Source: the human T2T-CHM13v2.0 reference genome, Homo sapiens. Taken from it: a DNA stretch of 64,000 nucleotides. This document shows positions 1 through 14,850 of this stretch, piece after piece. Under the pieces are notes generated by a model. It was given only the letters and a program-made list of their open reading frames with translations, was not told where the DNA came from and ran no database searches. Both the position numbers and the translations under genes were made by a program. Location: assembly GCF_009914755.1 (NCBI RefSeq), contig NC_060926.1; one strand, written 5' to 3'. Position 1 is the first letter of the stretch; each line of letters starts with the position of its first letter.

Positions 1-1033
1 TCTTAGAAACTCCATCAGAACCTATTTCTAACTTTAGAAATATTCGGATTGCCATAATCATTTCCAATCTGTTATTAGCCATGGGATCTCCACCCCCAAC
101 TCCTTTCCAACCAATAGCCAATATGTGAAACAGAAACAGAGCCCCTCTCCTGCTGCCCATCCCCTCAGACTCCTTTCCTTCCCACCTCTGTCCGCCAGTA
201 TGGTTCCAGAAGCATTGCCACAAAACCCCAGTACTATGTTGGGCAATGTTTAAAGACACAGCTGGAACAAGCACTTTCTAGATCTAAATGTATACCCCTC
301 ACCACAGTCCCCATGTCCAAACACAAACCTAAGATCGACCTGTAGGAATAACCAAAGGCCTTTGCCTTTTTCATATCAGCCGGGAAAAGACTAGATTTGA
401 GAGCAGTTTTAAATGCCACTAAGATTGATGGTAAGCAAAAGAAGTGCTCTGGGCACCTTAGCTTATTTCTGCTATAGTCGAGAGGCTAGAGTACTTGCAG
501 TTGACTCACAGAGGTAGTCAGAAGGCAGGCAATAAGGTTAACACAAAACAAGTCAACTTTGGACATTCATGTTGATTCATGTGCCGTTGAATAGAATATC
601 ATGGCTGAAACACATGCCATGGTGGAATACACTCCTCACAACTGTCTTTTTGAGAGATTTTAATAAAAAGTACTTACTATGGTAAGTTCAACCTACAGAA
701 TCTCATAAATAAATGCCCAAGGGTAAAAGTCCATATGACAGAGATTATTAGTCATCCTGTTTCTCAAAACACATTTGGAAGATAGCAGGTGAAAATTAAT
801 TAATTAGTGTATGATTAAAGAGAAAGAGAGAGCGTGTATAACTGATACAAGATTATTCCATATTTGAGCCAGTGAAGAGATATGAGGGTGTTAGTAAGTG
901 GAATAAGGAAACTGGCCTACATATGGGGCAGACAAGGAGAGAGGGAGTTGATGAAGTTCAGCGTGTCTCACATTCTAGCTCGGGTTTGGGGGAGGGAGGA
1001 GTAGTAGAGCCACAGCGTTGTATCCCTCAGGCT

Positions 1034-1200
1034 GGTGTTTCACAGGTGTGTTTTGTGCAACACTGATTCCATGGGACACATGTAGATGTTGCACCAGAGA
1101 TGGTTTTGTGGGAAAACAAGTTTGGAAAATGCTAAGTTAAATAAAGTTAAACATTTCTTTACTATTAACTTCCCAAAGTACATGTTACTATATATTATAA
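1034..1200. mobile_element. hAT-Charlie (Charlie4-like) DNA transposon relic
   Basis: gtgtttcacaggtgtgttttgtgcaacactg...aagtttggaaaatgctaagttaaataaagttaaacatttctttact resembles this family and the copies at 27.1 kb and 53.2 kb; boundaries approximate. Confidence 0.5.
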
Positions 1201-1204
1201 ATAT

Positions 1205-1300
1205 GTTCATTCATTAACTCATTCATTCAGTAAGTACCTATTGAGTACCTAATATGTGATGGGGATGTGATAATTGTTTCCCAAGCTTACTGGAGTAAGA
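1205..1300 (-). mobile_element. L2 3' end fragment
   Basis: ttcattcattaactcattcattcagtaagtacctattgagtacctaatatgtg is the reverse complement of the L2 tail. Confidence 0.7.
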
Positions 1301-2129
1301 AACCTGTGCACCTCCTCCTCACCTACCCCTGCAGGACACAGCTTAAGAATTAATGGTCAACAAAGGATACTCTGGGAAATACTACTTGAGGCCCTAGGAG
1401 GTGCACAGCCAGAGTCTGAGAAGCATGGGGCAGCCAGATGGGCGGTGGCATATTTTATATAATAGAGATTGCAAAAAGAATGAGAAATACATTTATGTGG
1501 GAAAATGATGAAATCCAAACTTGAAGCCATACACCAATGTGACATATCAGTAGACAAAAGGACGTCTAAAAGAAAGCAGGAGAATCAGTGAAAAAGTGAC
1601 AGAAGATATGGTTCAAGGCTAATATGGATGACAGCAGAAAAAATATCAACAGTTTTTATCAAAATGATTTCTGTAGATCCCTGGATAGAAACCAAATTGA
1701 GGAGAAGGAAAATAGAAATTAAAATAAATAAGTTTTCCAAAACTAATTGGGAAGGCACATTGAGGCAGTTCAGCGATCTAAGGCCTTGGGTGATTTACAA
1801 CAAAAACTATTCCTTGTTGCCAAACAATGTGGTGGAAATTAATTATAAAATTAACATTTTTAGAATCTAGCCACATAAGCAAATATCAAAGATAATTAAA
1901 AAATCATGCTACCCCACATGTGTCCAATATATCACTTATATGATGAGCAGATTTATATAACCTGTAAAGTATAAAAGTAAAAATTTTGATATGGCATTCT
2001 CATGCGTACACAGACACCCCCATTCCTCCGTCACACTATCTTCACTAAATAATGGAATCAAAAGCAAGGAAACCCATCCCAATTTAAAATGAGATGTTTG
2101 GAGACCACAACATTAAACAGAAAGACACA

Positions 2130-2360
2130 CTTATCCTTGGCTGGTCGGCTGCAGTATGGCTGCATGCTCTTCTTTACCGGTAATGGCTAACAGCTAATAT
2201 TCATAAAATAGGTGGCACATGTCTATGAAGGATGTTTCAGTAAGGAACTCTGGCAGAACATTATTTAAATAAACTTGAATCACAGATGAGCCAATCATGA
2301 TGCACACTGCACAAATGCTCTGGGGGAATACCCGCTAGCCCAACCGTGGCTGTGAGGCTA
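2130..2360 (-). promoter_or_regulatory. Candidate promoter / alternative first exon
   Basis: Repeat-free with retained CpGs; NF-Y consensus agccaatca 2289-2297; TATA-like palindrome ttatttaaataa 2261-2272; minus-strand donor CCG|GTAAAG at 2178/2177. Confidence 0.35.
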
Positions 2361-3394
2361 TGTTGTTAAGTATTCAATGCTTGATGCCTGAAATTTTGCT
2401 TCTCATGGTACAAACTTTTAAAGCCAACATGAAATACAGCATTCTGTGAGAGGATACTGAGCAAGACTGTCTTGCTTGAACTATGAGGAATCTGCGATAA
2501 GATAGGAAAAACAGGATCCACAGAGACTAGCTATAAGTCAAAATTAACAAGCAAACCCTACTTATTGGCCTGAGTAATACATGCTGAAATGGAAAGAAAA
2601 TTTCTAGTTATCAGACTGACCTCATTAGCCATGTCTGGTCCCAGGGATATGACACTCAGCAAAGACAGCATCTTCCATTGAAAAGAGAATCTTCCATTGT
2701 TAAAAAGAGAAGCTTTAGCTTTCTCTTCTCTGCTTTAAAAGGTGCATCATTTCCTGATGTCTGTCCTTTCAATAGCTGGGATATATATGGGCTGTTATAA
2801 GGAAAAGATGGTTCTATTTCCAGCAGCCTATTCTTTTATATTTTTATTTCCCACTACCATTTCTATGAGTCATTTCTGAAAATCTAACACTTTCCAGATA
2901 ACCTTATTTATACCATTTGCTTATATGGCCTCTTCTGGCAACACCACTTATGTGATTAGCATTATTTAACTTAAATAATTATGCCTAAATTCCCCATTCT
3001 CTTTTAATTTCAAAGTGTTTAGATTGTATACATTGCTAATTTAACTGCCTACTAGTATGAGCAGTTTGTCTTATTCAATTTTATAAAATCCCTTTAGGAT
3101 ATATTCCTCCCACGCAGAAAATTTAAGGTCCTTATGAATGTATGAGAATAAGAAAAGCTACCTTACATGTTGCCAGAACAAATGTTTATCAAACCCAGAG
3201 CCATCCTTGCTAACATATGTACACTCACTTCTCACGATCCCCACTCCCCCCTAAAAAGAGCTCTCTAAGAACAACAACAAAACTCTCTCGTTTACACAAG
3301 GTTTACTCTAGTAATTCAACACAGTTTGGCAGAGCCCTAGGCTAAACTGAAAACAGGAAATCTTTATTTTCCTACCTCCACTTTAAAGCATTCT

Positions 3395-3408
3395 CTGCCC
3401 ACTGGTGG
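3395..3408 (-). promoter_or_regulatory. Candidate CTCF motif
   Basis: Minus strand reads CCACCAGTGGGCAG, one mismatch to the CCACCAGRGGGCAG core. Confidence 0.3.
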
Positions 3409-3859
3409 TCAATTTCCTAAGGTCTTTATACTACTTTCTCAGTGCCCAGGTAACTCCCCATACCCACCCTCCCCTCACCCACCACTGCCACTATGGGTCT
3501 CCTTGCAGCCTACCTTGAAACTATGTCCCATTTTGGATCCAGCTCTGAATCATGCTGGGCTCTCTGTTATTGGTCTTGTTGGAAACTAATCTTAAATTGT
3601 TACAATGCACTCATCATATTTTGTGCTCAATGCATTATACCTTTCAACAGAGGCAATACCTTAATTCAATGGAAGTAATCACAAATGGGGTATGTTCAGG
3701 TACCACAGTAAGCCTGTGAAGAAGATTATTTTGGGGGACAGGTAAAGAAATCTCTGTGAAGCACCTCAAGTTACTCCACTCAAGCAACAGGTTATGTTGA
3801 AGTGGTGAGAATCCAGGCTGTGTTGGTACAGAGACTGTACTGGCACTTCCTCAATTTTG

Positions 3860-4005
3860 GAGTTTATTCAAATCAGTTAATTTCTCTGAACCTCAGTTTT
3901 CTAATCTGTAAAATAGGATAGTAATATCTGTGCTTGTAAATTTCTTGAGAGCATTAAAAAGGAGAACATGTGTCGGGCGTGACGTGTAGTAGGAGCTGAC
4001 TAAAT
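3860..4005 (+). mobile_element. MIR
   Basis: MIR core ctctgaacctcagttttctaatctgtaaaataggatagtaata. Confidence 0.75.
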
Positions 4006-4962
4006 CTAAGTAAACTTGCCATTCCTTGCTCCCCTACATGATGTCCATATTTAAGCCACGTTGAGTAACACTACATTCCCTAGTCAGTCAGTGAACGATT
4101 CACTGTGTTGACTCAGTTAGCAAATATTCATTCAAAAAATATTTAAGATCCTTCTATGTGCAAGAGGTTGTATCTGCACAATGAAGCTTTCAGTACGTAT
4201 AGTGACATTTCATACATACTGATTTTGGTCTGTTAACCCCCCAAATTGTAAATTACCCATATAATCTTTAAACTAAACTGTGTTTACTAAAGTATGTTAT
4301 CTCTATCACTCAAATGACCTAACTTTTTTCAAACTTAATAATTTGTTCATCATTTTTTCAATTTGAAACTCAGAAGCCAAGTTTCAAAAGCTTCTATTTA
4401 TTCACCTCACTTAATATGATGATAGTATAGGACAATAAAATATTTTCCCAATATGGATCAGAAGTTATCTCTTCCAAGCAAGAGGAAATAGCTGTTTCCC
4501 ACGTACATTTGCTCTTTCTGTGTAAGAATTTACCTTGTTCACAAGTGTTCTCATTACCTTTGGAATTAAATGTCTCCTATAGTATCAATAAAGCATTGAT
4601 GGAAACCCTAAAAATGGTCTCTAATCATGTGTTCTATTCCAAGATATTTTAGGGGAAGCCATCATTTGCAGGTTGAAAATAGGATGGGAAAACGTACTGC
4701 TGTTGAAGAAAGGATTACTTTCTTCTTTCCAAACAAATATAAGAATTCCCCTAGGACAGTGTTTCCAATTACAGAGTCTCCTTTGGAATATGACATGATT
4801 TTACTGAATACTATGGCGGAAAAAGGGCAATGGGACAACACTATGATGGGTCAAATTTCCTGAACAGAGTATCAGAAAAGTAACAGAGAAGGAGATACTA
4901 TATTTATGTTGATAGTGACAAAAATATACTATTTTGAAAGATGAACAAGCTATCAAAACTGA

Positions 4963-5318
<356 letters not shown>

Positions 5319-5399
5319 CAAATGTTACTTTTTAAAAAATTAAAATGAATAAAAAAATTTAAAGATTTGTGTTTCAGGAAAGGAGTTTTTCTTTAAAAT

Positions 5400-5740
5400 T
5401 TGGTTGTGAATAAAGTCATTTAATTTTTCTAAACCTGAGTTTTCTCATCTGTACAGTAAGAATGAGGCTAGTCCTGGACTTCTCACAGAGGTAAGGATTA
5501 AGCATCTAATCAAGTCTAATGATTATCTTATTGTTATGAGGCAAAATGGCATAAAGGGGTCTAGGCATATTGACTGGTTGTAAATTAAGGGCTCTGTCAC
5601 TTTTTAGCTGACCTGAGAAAAGTCTTTTCTATAAGAATCAATTATGTCATCTGTAAAATGGGGATAATAGTAACAATGCCTTGCAGAATTATGTTTCCAT
5701 GTTGCTTGGCACATATTAAGAACTCAGTTATTACTGGCCA
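5400..5740 (+). mobile_element. Two MIR fragments
   Basis: cctgagttttctcatctgtacag and catctgtaaaatggggataatagtaac cores. Confidence 0.6.
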
Positions 5741-6734
5741 TTATTTTTTATATTGATAATAGTGGTGAAGGTCATCATGGCATTTAATCGTTACTAGAGA
5801 AACATTCAACATTCTAAAAACTCTAGTCCAAGACTCCATTGGCCCTTTCATAATTGAGCCTATTTTATAAACTAGAGACCCATGCTTTCTTCAAGACATA
5901 TTTTTCTTATTAGTTCTTATACTTTAGCCATCCACTTAAGGCAGGTACTTTTAATGTTATCTTCTTTTCTTTTGTATACTAATCAAAGAATTGTATTCAC
6001 GCCTAGAGATACATTAACTGTAAAAAGGTCCAATGTTATTAATTAAATTAATATATTCCTCCATTTCTATTATGTCTTTCCTATGATACTGTTTTCCACC
6101 TTTTACTTTTCCTTGTCTTTACTTATATTCCTTCATTTTTCTGAGAGATTCTGTCATTTTCCTTCTTAAAACTGCATAAACCAGGAAAATAAAACCAGGA
6201 AATTTAAAACTTCAGTTTCCAGATCTCTGAAGCATGAACAGATGGACATAAAAAATCTAGTCTTTTTTTCTTTTTCATTTGCCTATCCACAACCTGAATA
6301 TATCAAAATTACCAGCAAAGCCAACTTTCAACATAACCACTTTTTTTTTTCTTTTGGCTCCCATATTAAATGTTCGGACAGTAAGTATTGATTCAATTCA
6401 AATTGATTATATTGCTATCTAATTTTTAAGCCACAGAAACTGACCTCATCCAGAATTAATATTGGAAGACATAATTTTGTTAATTTTACATTTGAAATAA
6501 AACCTGTAAGTATACAAAATGAGGTATAAACACTTCTACTTACTTCAGCTTTTCTACACATTTTAGTATTTCTTAGTTCAGAAAAAGGGAGTAAAAATAA
6601 AACAGATGGATAAATTTGAAATATCTGACTTGCTGGGCCATTACTCATTACTACAATATAAGCAAGGCTTGAAGGCAAAGACAGCAAATACTCAGTGAAA
6701 ACACTGAGTGAAAAAGGTTCAGAGAAAGAAACAG

Positions 6735-7230
6735 TCATTCCTCATTCAACAAAAATTAGAGTGCCTATTATGTGCCAGGTAAATTAGCTAAGATGTCCTC
6801 ATGGAACATATAATGTGGTAGGTGCTTCAATCAGGAAAGAATTAGGTGATACAAGATGAGAACCCAGCCCTAGAAAGGGAGTTAGTGCCAGGGAAGGCTC
6901 TCTAGAGAAGCTGATCTTCAGCTGTGACCTCCATGATAACTACAAGTTAGCCAGGTATGGGAGCAAGAGCTGGGATGTGCTAAGAGTAACAGCATGTGCA
7001 TAAAGCCCAGGGCAAGAGAGAATATGGTCCAGAGATAAAAATCAAAACATGGCCAGAGCATTGACTGGGCAGAGATAGATGGGAAGGTGTGGGGAGGGGA
7101 GGGACAAAAGATGAGGCCTGAAAAATAAGCAGGGAGAGGCCTTTCTGCCCTTAATGACACAAGTGAGGGGTCAGATTGGGTCTGAATAAACATTCCAGAT
7201 ACGGCTTGAATGGACTGGGGCAAACATGCT
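6735..7230 (-). mobile_element. L2 fragment
   Basis: tcattcctcattcaacaaaa...gtgcctattatgtgccagg followed by a purine-rich antisense L2 body. Confidence 0.65.
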
Positions 7231-7451
7231 AGAGCAAACACCAATGTTCAATCCTCCCTTGCCTTTTCAATTCCTACTAAAATAATGGTAGGGAATTTAT
7301 TTAAAAGGCATAGGCATACAAGGATAAAATGAAAAACTGGGAAGGACTGCAATGGAAAAGAATGTGAACCAAATTTCAGAAGATGGAAAGCAGATGGATG
7401 AGCGGTGGTTGAGCAGAGAGGGGGAGGCAGAATGTGTCCATAAGCATGCAG

Positions 7452-7453
<2 letters not shown>

Positions 7454-7505
<52 letters not shown>
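7454..7505. repeat. (GT)26 microsatellite
   Basis: Perfect dinucleotide run. Confidence 0.98.
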
Positions 7506-7509
<4 letters not shown>

Positions 7510-7599
7510 AGTTTTAGACAAGAAGAAGGTTGCGTGTTCCACAGAAACTCGGAAAGGCTCAGGAATTTATCAGTCCAGGTTCCTCTATATAGAGGTACA

Positions 7600-10150
7600 C
7601 TTGTGGAGCGAAACTGAAAACAGAAGAATTGATAGTGATTTTACATAGAGAGAAATCAACCCCCTTGATAACTTCTCTAAGCCTATGCAGCTCCCACTTC
7701 AACACCAGAAAGGATGCTTCCTAACTTGAGGGGTTAAACCAGAGACCAGGGGAGGCCAAAGGCAAGGGTGAGTGAAGTGAAAGTACACCCATTCATTGGT
7801 GATGTTTCTCCAGAACCTTTCACCTATTTGGCTCCCAGAGAGCTGGAGATTCACCTTCTAGGAAATTATAAGAGCCTTTCTCTGGAAACTAACTAAACTG
7901 ACTTAGTGAAACTGAAATGTGGGGATGCCACAACAAAATAATTGAATTTGTTTGTTCATTCCATGAGAAAGGTCACCAGTCAACAAGCGCTGTCTCTGAA
8001 CAGAGAACTTCTAATCATCCGTCGCAGTTCTTGCTCTCTGATATGAATGGACAGCCAGGAACCAGCAGACATTTGAGGAAAACTCGTAACATGAAATAAA
8101 CAAGACAAAGCATAAGAAAGGAACTTGTGATATGCAAGTGCTGGAAAGGGAAGAGCATGGTCCCTTTAAATGATAGGGAATGGGGGAAGGGAAGTGCTGG
8201 GTAGGGGAGGGTGGGGTCCCTGGCTAGGGCTCCACCCCCATGGACCTAGGTGAAGACAGGCATTTCCTGCCTAAATGCTGCATTTCCCAAGACACCCTGG
8301 CCTGCCACGCCCCTATCCTGGGCCTATAAAAACCCTGAGACCCCAGCAGGCAGACACACAGGCGGCTGAATATTGAAAGAAGCACATCAGGGGAGGAACA
8401 CACGGGTGGCTGGACATCCAGAGGAATGTACTGACAGGCACTGGGTATGATCCGATTCTTCCGGTACACCAAGGAAAGAACCCAGGATACAGAAAACCCT
8501 CTGTCCTTGTGACAAGGTAGAGGTTTAATTGAGCTGGTTAAAACAAGGCACCTATAGACAGCAAAACTAAAAGAGCACCCTGTAACACATGCCCATTGGG
8601 GCTTCAGCTGTAAACATTCATGCCTAGATACTGCCATGGGGTCAGACCCCCACAGTCTCCCTGTCTGTATGCTCCCCTAGAGGTTTGAGCAGTGGGGCGC
8701 TGAAGCAGCAAGTCACACCCCCATCACACACCCTGGGAGGGGAACAAGGGAACTTTTCCTGTTTCACTTGGAAGAAACTGAGACAATGTAGAGAACAGGA
8801 AAAAACTTAAAAAAAAACCTATAAGAAATATTCACATTGATAATTGCATCCATGGCAGAAAAGACAAATGCAGTAAGAAAGGACATCCAAGAACAATAAA
8901 GAGTGCTTGCAATTAAAAATATAACTAAAAAAAAAATAAATAAATAATCGATGGAAGGGCTGAATGATAAAGTGGAGAAAATCTTGTAGAAAGCAGAACA
9001 AAAACAAAAACAAAAATAAGGAGGATGGGAAAAGAGATAAAATAAGGTCAATTTAGGAGTTGAAGAAAGTGAACACCGAGAAAATAGTGTGGGAAGAAAA
9101 TCAAAGAAAAAAATATAAGAAATTTATTTGTACTGATGTATTGAGTTCCTAGAATAATAAAGGAACCAAAATTCAATCCAAGTAGAATCATTATAGAATT
9201 TCAGAATACCAGAGGTAAACCAGAAAGTCCTAATACCTTTCAGGTGAGAGAGCAAGGGAAGTCACATGCAAGGAGTCAGAAAAGTCTAAAAAGCAGAAAA
9301 CAATGGAACATGACCTCAAGCTTTTGAAATAAATGATTTTTAAATAAGAGTTCAATACTTGGTCCAATATCAATCAAATGTGAGGTAGGCTAGAGGCATT
9401 TTCAGGCAATCAAGTCTCTTACGTACCCTTTTTCTTGAGAAGATACTGGTGGATGTGCTCCCTATAAGAAAAAAGTAAACCAAGGAAGAGAAAGACACAG
9501 AATCCAGGACATAGTTGACCCAAGGGCCCAAAGAGCAAATAGAACAAACGGGAGCAAGAGAATTGAGGCCTCCAGGAAGGTAGCATCCAAGAAAAAAATG
9601 GAAATGATAGGTTTCCTAATGTGGCCAACACTGAGCAGATGAATTAGTGACAGTGACAGAGCTTGAGAATGGATTTGTTGATAGTGACACAGAAACTAAG
9701 CAAATAAACCCAATGTAATAATTAGCTCCAGGAAAAAATGAAGAGTTATTTGGGAAAGGAAATCTAATCATAGAACACAATGAGGCTCAGCAGGGAACAC
9801 TTTTTACATAGTAATAATGCTGTAAACACAGAATATTTATTTAACCAAAAGTTGAGATATACTCATATTGGAAAAATAGGGTGAGGGAAAATGTGCGTGT
9901 GCGTCCATGCTTATAAAAGAGAGCTAACACAATCATTTCCAAAGGCAGGAAAGTCAACAGATCTCTCACATTTAAAAAAAAATCAAGAAATAGCAAGATA
10001 AGAAATTACTACAATTTTGTCAGAGTGTAGCCTCTGAGGAAGGTATGGGGCAGGGGGGTAGGGAGGACTGAGGAAGAAGATTTTGCTTTTTATTATAAAC
10101 CTTTTGTTGTACTCTCTCATGTTTTAAAACTAAATACATGAATTATCTTG
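7600..10150 (+). mobile_element. Old L1M/HAL1-like remnant interrupted by a solo LTR
   Basis: A-rich sense-strand text with HAL1/L1 ORF1-like phrases (cagcagacatttgaggaaa, gaatttcagaataccagagg, tcaatcaaatgtgagg); no intact ORF; boundaries approximate. Confidence 0.5.
8128..8766 (+). mobile_element. ERV1 solo LTR, LTR1-like
   Basis: TG...CA termini (tgatatgc...gtttca); 4-bp TSD cttg at 8124-8127 and 8767-8770; GC box ccacgcccc 8305-8313; TATAAAAA 8325-8332. Confidence 0.85.
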
Positions 10151-10287
10151 GGGATTCATTATTTTTGTAATCTCTGGAAATATTGTGCAAAAATCTCTCT
10201 GAATATTGCCTCTTAAAATTTTTTCTAATTTTTCCATCTGGAACTCCTATTAGACATATGTTGGATTCTCATCTTTTAAGATCTTAA

Positions 10288-10542
<255 letters not shown>

Positions 10543-10582
10543 TAGGTTGCCAATTCTCATTCTATCTCTCTCTCTCTCTCTC

Positions 10583-10868
<286 letters not shown>

Positions 10869-12309
10869 AATGTAATCCTCTCTTTATCAATTCTCTCTTT
10901 ATCAATGTGTAATACTTAGCATGTCCACTGAGTTAATTTTGATAAATATATAAAAATCCTATTTAGTCCTTCAAAAAATATGCATTTTTTATGGTCTATT
11001 TTTTATTTCTCATGTTTTCAATTTATTTCTTATACCATTATTTTAAAACCTACTTTATCTTCTCTATCCAGAAGTCCTAGTATCTGAAGTTCGTGAGAAT
11101 CTAATCCTATAGGAAGTTGTTAGAGCCAGTTTCTGACCTGCTAAAAGTCAGAAACTTTTGGACTAGAAAATGGATAGGACACATCAGAACAGAAGGTTTT
11201 GTGAATAGGTGAGGAAGGTGACAAGTTCACTTTTAGGCATTACTCAGCATGACTTGGAAGAGCTATTGATGCACCAAAGTGAGCCAATGGAAAGAGGTTT
11301 GAATCCAGGTTTTATTCTTCCTTAAAAAGGAAAAAAAAAGAAAAGAAAAGAAGTAGTTTTCTAAAGTCTAAGATATTTACTTAAGCTCTTAGGCAACCTG
11401 AGGTATTTACAGAGTGCCCATGCAAACTCAAATCTCTGCTCTTATGGGAAAAATAATTAGAAGAAAAATCAGACCTTTTAACATTCTATGGCCAAATTCC
11501 CCTCTTCTGAGCTTTAAAAAAATTTTGCACATTGGTTGTTTACAGATCACAACAATCCATGGTCTTCTTTCAGAATATAGTGAACATTATTGTGAGGTTC
11601 AACATTATTTGCAGAAGAGTTTTTTACTTTCCACCTTGAAATATTTTTTCTTTGAAAAGTAAGTTCATGAAAATGGGCAAATACTCTCAGTAGAGACTTA
11701 ATATGAATTCAGAGTTTGTGTTAATATTATTGTGGGTCATAGCCACAAAGATGCACAAACATCTCTATAAATACTAAAACAGATATAAATGAAAACTGTA
11801 TACCTTTAATCATATAATAAATATTCTAGAAAAGGTATTATTCAATGGAGTTCTCATAGAAAATAAAAAAAAATTTCTTGTAACTGAAAAAGGTAATTAT
11901 TCCATTATTTAGATGTATTGAGAGTCTGCATGGGCTATCTTAAAGTATAGTGTATATCATCTGAACTGTCAATACATGCTGTACTTTATACACATTTAAC
12001 ACTTCAGTAATGTATGCCAGGGTATAACTGAGTCCTCATAGTGTCAAAAGCCAGATTATTCTAGAACTAGATATTAGTTTGGGAATACAGACAGCAAATG
12101 GCCAGATGGCCCTGCAGTAAACTGCTGAAGGCCATTTAAAACCAATCCATGTGTAGATGTATTCCAACAGAGAATTATGGGCAACAAATCAATGAGATAC
12201 CAAAAATTGTGTTACAATATCTTTGTTAAGCCAGAAATAACATTCCAATTTTATAGGACTCGAATTAAAACAAATCTTATTCTTTACTTCCCTGTGGTAA
12301 ATAAATGAG

Positions 12310-12386
12310 CAAAATCAACTCTGTTGTCTAGCAGGTTTATGGCCCACAGTACATGCTCGCTATACAGTTGCTGAATGAATGAATGC
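12310..12386 (+). mobile_element. L2 3' end
   Basis: ggcccacagtacatgctc...gttgctgaatgaatgaatg. Confidence 0.55.
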
Positions 12387-14079
12387 CTTGGTATGATGAA
12401 GTGGAAAAGGTTATGTATACACTATTCTATGCTTTTCTGGGTCCTGGATGCTTCTGTATACTGCTGTGTGGTTTGGGAGTTTGAGTATGTTTTATTTAGG
12501 TGGTTTGCATATGTGAAGTGGAAAGAGGTAAGGTTGGTTGAAGGGTAATTATTTCTTGATGGAAGAATATAAAAAGTATAAACAGATCAGCTATTGCTTA
12601 AGCAAACTCAGCTCTTCATTCCTGATCTACAATGCAAATGGTATACAAAATAAGGTTTCATTAAAGAGTGACTGTCACATCAACAGGGAAGAGAATGAAG
12701 ACCTGCTATGCAGTATTATTAGATATATTGAATTTGTTGTCACTAAGATCAACAAAATACTGCTTTGAAGGACTACACACTGTGACACAGAAATAGCTTT
12801 GCTACATAGAACACTCCTTTGATATAATTTTTTTTCATTTTATTGTAATGGGGTTATACTTCTAGAAGAAATGAATATCAATTTATTGATGACTTGGACT
12901 ACTATTTAAAAAGTAATATGCCAATTAGAAAGCATCTGTGATAACTAACAATCTATTTTGAAAGAAAAAAATTAGAATCCTTCTATCACATGATATCCCC
13001 ATCACACGAAATAACTCCATTATCGTAGGATGTGGAATGGGACTTTTCCTATCATCCTGGCATTTCAGCTGAGGCTCTAATGCTGAGGATTAATACCTGC
13101 AAACGCTAAACAGAGGTGCTAGGCACACCTCTGCAGGACTTGCTAAAGACAGAAATATTATCTGTAAAATACTCTTACCCCATCACTCTCTAACAGCCTA
13201 TATAAGAAAAGGGTAGAGACTGGGATATCTGCCAGGAGAGGGGCTGGCATCTCTTTCCCCAAGCTGGATGGCTGCCAAACAGCCAAAACTCAACACCTGC
13301 CTCCTTCTACTCCTAGTACAGAGCACAGAATTCTTGGGAGAACCTACTGCATGCCCCCTAAAATATGGGGCATAGATCATGGTGATGGCCCTGATTTGAG
13401 ATTCTGAAGGTAGGATACTGACCAAAGTTGTCAACATGGCAGGTCAAGGAGAAAGGCAAGCAATGGAAGTAGTGTCTATTTTTACCGTTTGTAAGGAAGA
13501 AGATGCCTGATGTGTTTTCCTGTGGGCCTAGTGGTGCGGGGAGGGAGCTAGGCTTACACAGTATTGAAAGGACTATGCTTAAGAAGACTGGGCCTGTAGG
13601 GCAAGGTACATGCAAGTAGGGTATGACCTGAGAATAGGAGGTGATTAGAAGTCACCCAGATACGGTCTTATCCATGACAGGTGTACTACCTCTGTGTATG
13701 AGGTCTCCACAGGTATGTCTCAAAAGAACATAACTAAGTGCCACACAAAAGACCCAACCACAGGCATCTGACACCTAAGAGAGGCCCTCAAACAGTACCA
13801 GCTATGTAACTAGCGTACTCCCCTTTTCTCTCATCCCTCCTCCCAGTCCAGTCCCTACTTCAGGAGCCTGAAGGAGAGGGGAGAAGGCATGAACAGATGT
13901 ATAAGTAACCGGTCTATTGAACAGGTTGGACTTTATAGGGTATAATGAGGGAGTCGTTTTAGTTTCCCTTCCACCATTGCCTTCAATCACATTCTCAGAT
14001 CTTCTTCTTGTGGGTGACAACTTGGGAAGATACTATGGCTTTCTGGCTTGTGGCTAATTTCTTCTGGTACTGTTAGCAT

Positions 14080-14600
<521 letters not shown>

Positions 14601-14639
14601 TTGGAAATCAGTGGGGGCTCACTGTCAGGTTCAATTAGT

Positions 14640-14850
14640 TCCCTCTACTAGATGACCTAGTAGCTGTGTGACTTCAGATGATTCACTTAACATCTCTGGG
14701 CTTCAGTTTCCTCTTCTACAAAGGGGGATTAATACCATTACTGACATTACTGGGTTGTGGGGAGGATTAAATAAGCTAATTTATGTAAAGCACTTAGCAC
14801 AGCATCCAGGCAAGAATATGTACTCAAATAAACTTCAGCCTTTTATCCTC
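14640..14850 (+). mobile_element. MIR
   Basis: tagctgtgtgact...ctctgggcttcagtttcctc...gtaaagcacttagcacag. Confidence 0.8.

Noticed and set aside
2670-2710. Short tandem duplications (also 6178-6203, 10878-10906, 25197-25238, 44261-44301)
   Set aside because: Ordinary two-copy slippage events that create no evident motif
4530-4595. Two minus-strand donors (AAG|GTAATG, AAG|GTAAAT) after an AG at 4577
   Set aside because: The acceptor lacks a good pyrimidine tract; insufficient support
5801-5812. aacattcaac, identical to the 5' end of miR-181a
   Set aside because: The match ends after 10 nt and there is no precursor hairpin
7297-7648. ORFs with (HT)n or (VC)n runs (also near 46.1 kb)
   Set aside because: Translation of dinucleotide microsatellites
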